Source: a virus
Taxonomy: Duplodnaviria; Heunggongvirae; Uroviricota; Caudoviricetes
Strand: one strand, 5' to 3'
DNA: 64,000 nt
Virus record (IMG/VR): IMGVR_UViG_3300027759_003944
Each line of letters begins with the position of its first letter. Position 1 is the first letter of the stretch. Below the pieces are notes generated by a model, which did no database searches, was not told where the DNA came from, and saw only the letters and a list, made by a program, of their open reading frames with translations. Below, piece by piece: positions 58,619 through 64,000 of the stretch. The position numbers and the translations under genes were made by a program.

Positions 58619-59389
58619 ATGCCAGAACAGCAACAACAATCACTGCCCCAACTGAAGCAAAACTTAATTGAATATGTTAAACTTCAACTGGGCGGTGATA
58701 TCATTGACTTAGAATTAGACCCCTCACACTACGAAGCGGCTTATCAAAAAACCATTGGCACTTATCGCCAACGAGCCAACAACGCTTACGAGGAAAGTTA
58801 CAGTTTCATGCAGTTGGTAGCAGATGTCAACATCTACGAACTACCCCAAGAAGTTGTGAGTGTGCGTCAAATATTCCGTAGAACATTCGGAGACAGTTCA
58901 GGACCGTTTGCGTCAAACTTTGATCCGTTTGCACAAGCGAGTGTTAACGTGTACCTAATGAACTTCAACGTGGCAGGCGGACTTGCCACCTACGACTTCT
59001 ACAGTCAGTATATTGAACTGGCCGGACGCATGTTTGGTGCCTACATGAACTACACCTGGAATCCGGTAACCAAAAAACTGCAACTGATCCGTGATCCCAA
59101 AGGATCAGGCGAAACTGTGTTGCTGTGGAGTTACAACTTGAAACCTGAATTCAACTTGCTGAATGACTTCCAAATACAGCAGTGGATACGAGACTACATG
59201 GTGGCCAACTGCAAAATGATCATTGGTGAAGCACGTGAGAAGTTTGGTACCATTGCTGGACCGCAAGGCGGCGGCAGTCTGAACGGTGCCGCAATGAAAG
59301 CAGAAGCCAAAGTAGAAATGGATCTGTTGATCAATCAATTGGTAATGTATGTGGACGGAAGTCAACCACTTACATTTGTTATTGGCTAA
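58619..59389 (+). CDS. gp13: Neck/head-tail adaptor, gp13-like
   Basis: Start placed at MPEQQQQ (ATG 58619). LIEYVKLQLGGDIIDLEL...W+RDY...KMIIGEAREKF...PQGGGSLNG is gp13-like. TAAATA at 58594-58599. Confidence 0.85.
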   Translation: MPEQQQQSLPQLKQNLIEYVKLQLGGDIIDLELDPSHYEAAYQKTIGTYRQRANNAYEESYSFMQLVADVNIYELPQEVVSVRQIFRRTFGDSSGPFASNFDPFAQASVNVYLMNFNVAGGLATYDFYSQYIELAGRMFGAYMNYTWNPVTKKLQLIRDPKGSGETVLLWSYNLKPEFNLLNDFQIQQWIRDYMVANCKMIIGEAREKFGTIAGPQGGGSLNGAAMKAEAKVEMDLLINQLVMYVDGSQPLTFVIG

Positions 59390-59415
59390 ACTGCATACAC
59401 TTTTTTCTAAAATCC

Positions 59416-59424
59416 TGCTATAAT
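59416..59424 (+). promoter_or_regulatory. Extended -10 promoter
   Basis: TGcTATAAT, 5 nt upstream of the exonuclease start codon. Confidence 0.6.
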
Positions 59425-59429
59425 CAAGC

Positions 59430-59948
59430 ATGGACTTAATGATCGACATTGAAGGTTTGGCTACAGGCCCTGACGCAACAATATTAACCATTGCGGCTCA
59501 GGCATTTGACCCTCTTGGCCAGGGCTACTATGAGCACAAATATTATGCCCGAGTTGATCTTGAAAGCCAAGAAACACGTACCATTGAACAAGGCACCATA
59601 AACTGGTGGGCCACCCAAGGCGCCGCACAGGACGAAGCCTTTGCTGAAGATGGGCGCATCCCGTTAGATCAGGCCTTGGATGAACTGCACAGACTGTGCT
59701 GGAAGTGCAACCGCATCTGGATGAATGGTCCCACATACGATGCCAACATCCTTGAGCATGCCTACAAGAGTTACAGCAAACCTCTGCCTTGGCAATATTA
59801 CAAGATCCGTGATGCACGAACGGTATATAGTTTGTACCCAGGGTTGCCTAAGCCTGCTACTAGTCATCATGCGCTGGAAGACTGCCGCAGACAAATTGAC
59901 ATGTTGCAAGCTACCCTGACACATTTAAACATCAAGGAACTGGCATGA
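59430..59948 (+). CDS. DEDDh 3'-5' exonuclease (DexA-like)
   Basis: MIDIEGLA (ExoI), NGPTYDANIL (ExoII) and HHALEDC (ExoIII). Confidence 0.88.
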   Translation: MDLMIDIEGLATGPDATILTIAAQAFDPLGQGYYEHKYYARVDLESQETRTIEQGTINWWATQGAAQDEAFAEDGRIPLDQALDELHRLCWKCNRIWMNGPTYDANILEHAYKSYSKPLPWQYYKIRDARTVYSLYPGLPKPATSHHALEDCRRQIDMLQATLTHLNIKELA

Positions 59949-60595
59949 TCATTGGAATTTGTGGATTTATTGGCTCGGGCAAAGATACCATTGCAGACTA
60001 TCTTGTAAATTTACATCACTTCCGAAGAGAGAGTTTTGCCAACACTCTCAAAGATGCTGTGGCCCAGATCTTTGGTTGGGACAGAACCATGCTGGAAGGG
60101 CGCACCAAGCAAGCCCGTGAATGGCGAGAACAAGTGGATCCTTGGTGGGCCCAACGACTGGGTATACCGAACCTGACCCCACGTTTTATTTTACAACAAT
60201 GGGGCACAGAAGTATGCCGTAAAAACTTTCATGATGATATCTGGATTGCCAGCTTGGAAAACAAACTACGCAACAGCACGGATGATGTGGTCATAAGTGA
60301 TTGCAGATTTCCCAACGAAATTAAAGCCATTAAACAAGCAGGTGGAATAGTAGTACGTGTGGTACGTGGTCCTGAACCTGAGTGGTATGATGCCGCAGTA
60401 AGCCAAAATCGTGGACCCAACGGCAACTCAACCTGGGCACTCAGTGGGCGTCGACTAGAACAACTAGGCGTGCATGCGTCAGAGACATCTTGGATAGGTA
60501 CCAAGTTCAATGCTGTGCTAGACAACAACGGTACATTAGATGACTTATATCAACAGATTATGCATCTGGTTCAAGATCTCCGGACCGCCAAGTAA
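59945..60595 (+). CDS. gp1: Deoxynucleoside monophosphate kinase
   Basis: IIGICGFIGSGKDT, SFANTLKD, TPRFILQQWGTEVCR and VVISDCRFPNE. Confidence 0.93.
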   Translation: MIIGICGFIGSGKDTIADYLVNLHHFRRESFANTLKDAVAQIFGWDRTMLEGRTKQAREWREQVDPWWAQRLGIPNLTPRFILQQWGTEVCRKNFHDDIWIASLENKLRNSTDDVVISDCRFPNEIKAIKQAGGIVVRVVRGPEPEWYDAAVSQNRGPNGNSTWALSGRRLEQLGVHASETSWIGTKFNAVLDNNGTLDDLYQQIMHLVQDLRTAK

Positions 60596-60902
60596 CTTCA
60601 GTCTTGGCAATTTCTTCTACACAGTTACGGCAAACTGTTCGTAAGTTTCTCAATGCAGTGTTATTGAGATCCCCATCTATATGATAAACTAACAATTGAC
60701 TGGCAAGTCTTGCCTTGAACCCGCAGCGATCACATGCGGGTTTTTTCTTGTATCCTGCTGATTTCCATCTTGGCTCTCTGGGCTTGATTCCTCGCCCCTT
60801 GCGTTGGCACGTTTCACAACGACTACGATAATGTGTTGTGTCTTCTCGAATGTAATTTACAGCACAAGGCCGTTGATTGCAGGCTTGACAAATGGGTCTC
60901 AT
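60558..60902 (-). CDS. Zn-finger/HNH-like protein (final His absent)
   Basis: Start MRPICQAC. Four CxxC pairs and YHIDGDLNN...NLRTVCRNCV. TAAATA at 60912-60907 (-). Confidence 0.7.
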   Translation of the reverse strand: MRPICQACNQRPCAVNYIREDTTHYRSRCETCQRKGRGIKPREPRWKSAGYKKKPACDRCGFKARLASQLLVYHIDGDLNNTALRNLRTVCRNCVEEIAKTEVTWRSGDLEPDA

Positions 60903-60998
60903 GCGGTATTTAGTTGGCGGACCTTTGCCAAAGGGCAGTGTAAACTGGGTTTTTTTGAGTATGCCAATAAATATCAATAACTTGAAAAGGAATCAACC

Positions 60999-63900
60999 AT
61001 GGCACTAGTATCACCAGGCGTAGAAGTAACAGTAATTGACGAGAGTCAATATATCCCTTCCGCTGTAAACACAGTCCCTTACTTTCTGATTGCAACAGCA
61101 CAAAACAAGGCTGATGCTGCTGGAGTTGGAGTTGCAGCCGGTACAACCGCAGCCAACGCAAACAAAACTTATCTTATTACCAGTCAGCGTGATTTGGCAG
61201 CCACATTTGGTGTGCCATTCTTCTACAATACCACAACTGGCACCCCTATCAACGGATACGAACTCAACGAATATGGTTTGTTGGCAGCGTATTCAGCACT
61301 GGGTGTCACAAACCGTGCTTATGTACAGCGTGTGGACATTGACCTGACAGAACTAACTGCAAGTTTGAGTCGCCCCACAGGCAATCCCGACGACGGCACA
61401 TACTGGTTAGACACCAGCACCAGTCTCTGGGGCATTTTTGAATGGGATCAAACTGCTGCAACATTTACCAACCAGGTGCCTTATGTGATCACAGAGACAG
61501 ATGAAGTGGTTGACTATGCTGGCGGCGATTACACACCCATTAGCACACTTGGCAGCATTGGCGATTATGCCGTGAGCGCGGTGAGTTTGAATAACGAAAA
61601 CTGGTATAAAAATTCAAACAATACCTGGGTATTGTTGGGATCTAACGCATGGAAAGCATCGTGGCCTGCCTTGCAAGGCACAAACTCAGTGTCAGGCAGC
61701 GGGCTAACTGTTGGTTCTAACATGTATATTAACGGTACATTGGCCACAGTCAGTGCAACCAATACAGTGGTGGGATTTGCCGCGGTAATCAATAGCTTGT
61801 CCATTCCAGGTGTAACTGCTGCCGCAGTCAGCAACAAATTAACATTGTATGCAACCAGCGCTGCAACCAATGACGGATCCACAGATAATGGTGGTGTTAT
61901 CAGTATTCAAACTGGTACCATTGGCGGCGCCGCACTGTTGACCACATTGGGCATTGCAGCCATTGAATATCGTGCTCCAAGTTATTTCCCAGGTTATAGT
62001 TATCAAGCACCACGTTGGAGAACCACAGACACAGCACCTGCTCCAACAGGTTCTGTCTGGCAAAACATCAGCACTGCCAGTTCTGGTATGAGTTTGAAAT
62101 TGAAACAATATAGTGCTGCATTAGATACCTTTGTTGCACAAAGTAGTCCTGTTTACATATATGATGGTTCGGCAAATTACGGACTTGATCCCACAGGCGG
62201 CGGTAAAAACATTCCAGTTGGCAGCACGTATGTACAATATAATTCAGAACTTTACAACACAACCCCCAACAGCAATGCAAGTTTCTTGTTGTTGGAAAGA
62301 GTTGCATTGGGGGCAACAGTTGTCACTGGTGATACTACTCCAGGTGCCAACGGTGATCCGTTGTTTACCGCAGGTAATCAATTTCAATTGTTTGCAACTG
62401 TGGCTGGCTCAGCTGATGCTAACACAGCGTATAATATAACATTGACTGGAACAAGTGTTGCTTCATTTATTACTAGTGTCAGTGCTGCCAACATTCCTTA
62501 TGTTAGCGCCAGTGTCAACAGTGCCGGAAACATTGTGTTCACACACAGCCAAGGCGGCGCAATTTATGTAGACAACATAACAGGAACACCAATTACCACC
62601 GCAGGATTTACCACCGCTACGCCAAAAGTTCGCCAGGACCAAGCAGCAGGATTTCTGGTATTGAGCAATTGGGTTACTGCTGATTTATTCACCTATACTG
62701 CAAGTGCTGTTGCGCCTGATCAGAACCCAGCTGACGGACGTTTGTGGTACTACAGTTCGGTAAGTGATGTGGACATCATGATTCAAGACAATGGCTCATG
62801 GCAAGGTTATCAAAATGTCACCAATGACACACGCGGCTTTGACCTTACATTGACCAATGCGTCGGGTCCTATTGTTGCTGCCTCTGAACCACTGACACAA
62901 AACGATGCAGCAGAAAGTCCATTGCAATATGGTGATTTGTGGATTGACACCAGTGACTTAGAAGCGTATCCTGCGCTGTATCGTTGGGAACAGATCAGCG
63001 GTACAGATCAATGGGTTGCAGTAGATACCACGGACCAGACCACATCAAACGGCATCTTGTTTGCAGACGCACGTTGGGCACCCAATGGTACAACAGATCC
63101 AGTGGCAGGTGCTTTCCCCACAATTGAAAGTTTGTTGATCAGTGATTACTTGGATTTGGACGCACCTGATCCTGCACTGTATCCCCAAGGTATGTTGTTG
63201 TTTAACACACGTCGTTCTGGTTATAATGTCAAGAGTTATCAGAGCAATTACTTTAACTCAACCACATTCCCCGATGATGTATTGCCCACTGTGACCAATA
63301 CCTGGCTGACAGCGTCAGGCAACAAAGACGACGGTGCTATGTATGCTGGTCGATTGGCACAACGCAAACTGATTGTGGCAGCAATGAAGTCAGGCATTGA
63401 CACCAGCCTGGCAGCACGTGAAGAACAAAATCAGTTCAACTTGATTGCTGCTCCTGGTTATCCTGAATTGTTGACCAACTTGGTTGCACTCAGCAACGAA
63501 CGTGCCAACACACTGTTTGTTGTGGGAGACACACCGTTGCGCTTGCCAAACACAGGTAATGCATTGGTAGAACATGCTACCAACAACAACGGTCTTGGTG
63601 TGGCAACAGATGATGGATTGACCATTGGCAGTGCTTATGCTGCTGTGTTTTATCCCAGTTGTCAGACCACAGACTTGAGTGGCAACACAGTTGTTGCACC
63701 GCCAACACACATGATGGTACGTACTATTCTGCGCAGTGATGCAGTGAGCTATCCATGGTTGGCGCCTGCTGGCACACGCCGTGGTGTGGTAGACAATGCT
63801 GATGCTATTGGTTACATCAATGCACAAACTGGCGAATTTGTACAGTTGGCAGTGGGACAAAGTGTACGTGACATACTGTACGAAAACAACATCAACCCGA

Positions 63901-64000
63901 TTACCTTTATTCCAGGTATTGGTATCACAAACTTTGGTAACAAGACACGTCAAGGTGCTACTACAGCACTGGATCGTATCAACGTTGCACGACTGATTTG
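60999..64000 (+). CDS. gp18: Tail sheath protein (truncated by the window edge, more than 1000 aa)
   Basis: Not in the ORF track because there is no stop in the window. Reads MALVSPGVEVTVIDES..., with C-terminal FNLIAAPGYPE, YPWLAPAGTRRG, LYENNINPITF and ALDRINVARL. TAAATA at 60968-60973 and SD AAGGA. Confidence 0.95.
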   Translation, partial: MALVSPGVEVTVIDESQYIPSAVNTVPYFLIATAQNKADAAGVGVAAGTTAANANKTYLITSQRDLAATFGVPFFYNTTTGTPINGYELNEYGLLAAYSALGVTNRAYVQRVDIDLTELTASLSRPTGNPDDGTYWLDTSTSLWGIFEWDQTAATFTNQVPYVITETDEVVDYAGGDYTPISTLGSIGDYAVSAVSLNNENWYKNSNNTWVLLGSNAWKASWPALQGTNSVSGSGLTVGSNMYINGTLATVSATNTVVGFAAVINSLSIPGVTAAAVSNKLTLYATSAATNDGSTDNGGVISIQTGTIGGAALLTTLGIAAIEYRAPSYFPGYSYQAPRWRTTDTAPAPTGSVWQNISTASSGMSLKLKQYSAALDTFVAQSSPVYIYDGSANYGLDPTGGGKNIPVGSTYVQYNSELYNTTPNSNASFLLLERVALGATVVTGDTTPGANGDPLFTAGNQFQLFATVAGSADANTAYNITLTGTSVASFITSVSAANIPYVSASVNSAGNIVFTHSQGGAIYVDNITGTPITTAGFTTATPKVRQDQAAGFLVLSNWVTADLFTYTASAVAPDQNPADGRLWYYSSVSDVDIMIQDNGSWQGYQNVTNDTRGFDLTLTNASGPIVAASEPLTQNDAAESPLQYGDLWIDTSDLEAYPALYRWEQISGTDQWVAVDTTDQTTSNGILFADARWAPNGTTDPVAGAFPTIESLLISDYLDLDAPDPALYPQGMLLFNTRRSGYNVKSYQSNYFNSTTFPDDVLPTVTNTWLTASGNKDDGAMYAGRLAQRKLIVAAMKSGIDTSLAAREEQNQFNLIAAPGYPELLTNLVALSNERANTLFVVGDTPLRLPNTGNALVEHATNNNGLGVATDDGLTIGSAYAAVFYPSCQTTDLSGNTVVAPPTHMMVRTILRSDAVSYPWLAPAGTRRGVVDNADAIGYINAQTGEFVQLAVGQSVRDILYENNINPITFIPGIGITNFGNKTRQGATTALDRINVARLI

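Noticed and set aside
1-64000. Stop-codon reassignment, as seen in some large phages
   Set aside because: Core genes translate full length in the standard code, and TAA, TAG and TGA all terminate genes at sensible boundaries.

Overview
The window is a gene-dense, standard-code segment of a large T4-related (myovirus-type, probably jumbo) phage genome, covering most of the virion morphogenesis region. From left to right it holds: a minus-strand baseplate block (gp6-, gp25-, gp5-, gp53- and gp48-like genes); a plus-strand operon from a sigma70 promoter, running gp55 late sigma factor, gp47, an AT-rich three-gene insert, gp46, a B12 radical SAM gene, two tandem hypothetical/PLP-enzyme pairs and a GIY-YIG nuclease; the only large intergenic stretch (about 385 nt), which is densely base-paired and looks like a structured ncRNA; a convergent late operon (gp26-like chaperone with a probable -1 frameshift extension, DUF1415-like, aminoacyl-transferase-like, amidinotransferase and DUF6614-like genes); a tape-measure-like gene; the head module (portal, protease, scaffold, major capsid); a TPR-glycosyltransferase; long fibre genes built from TGNITGGN repeats; NUDIX, gp15, gp14, gp13, an exonuclease, a dNMP kinase, an HNH-like gene and a truncated tail sheath gene. 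The best candidate for an undescribed system is the GIY-YIG gene together with the structured RNA directly behind it. All annotations come from motif recognition by eye; no searches or folding programs were run.
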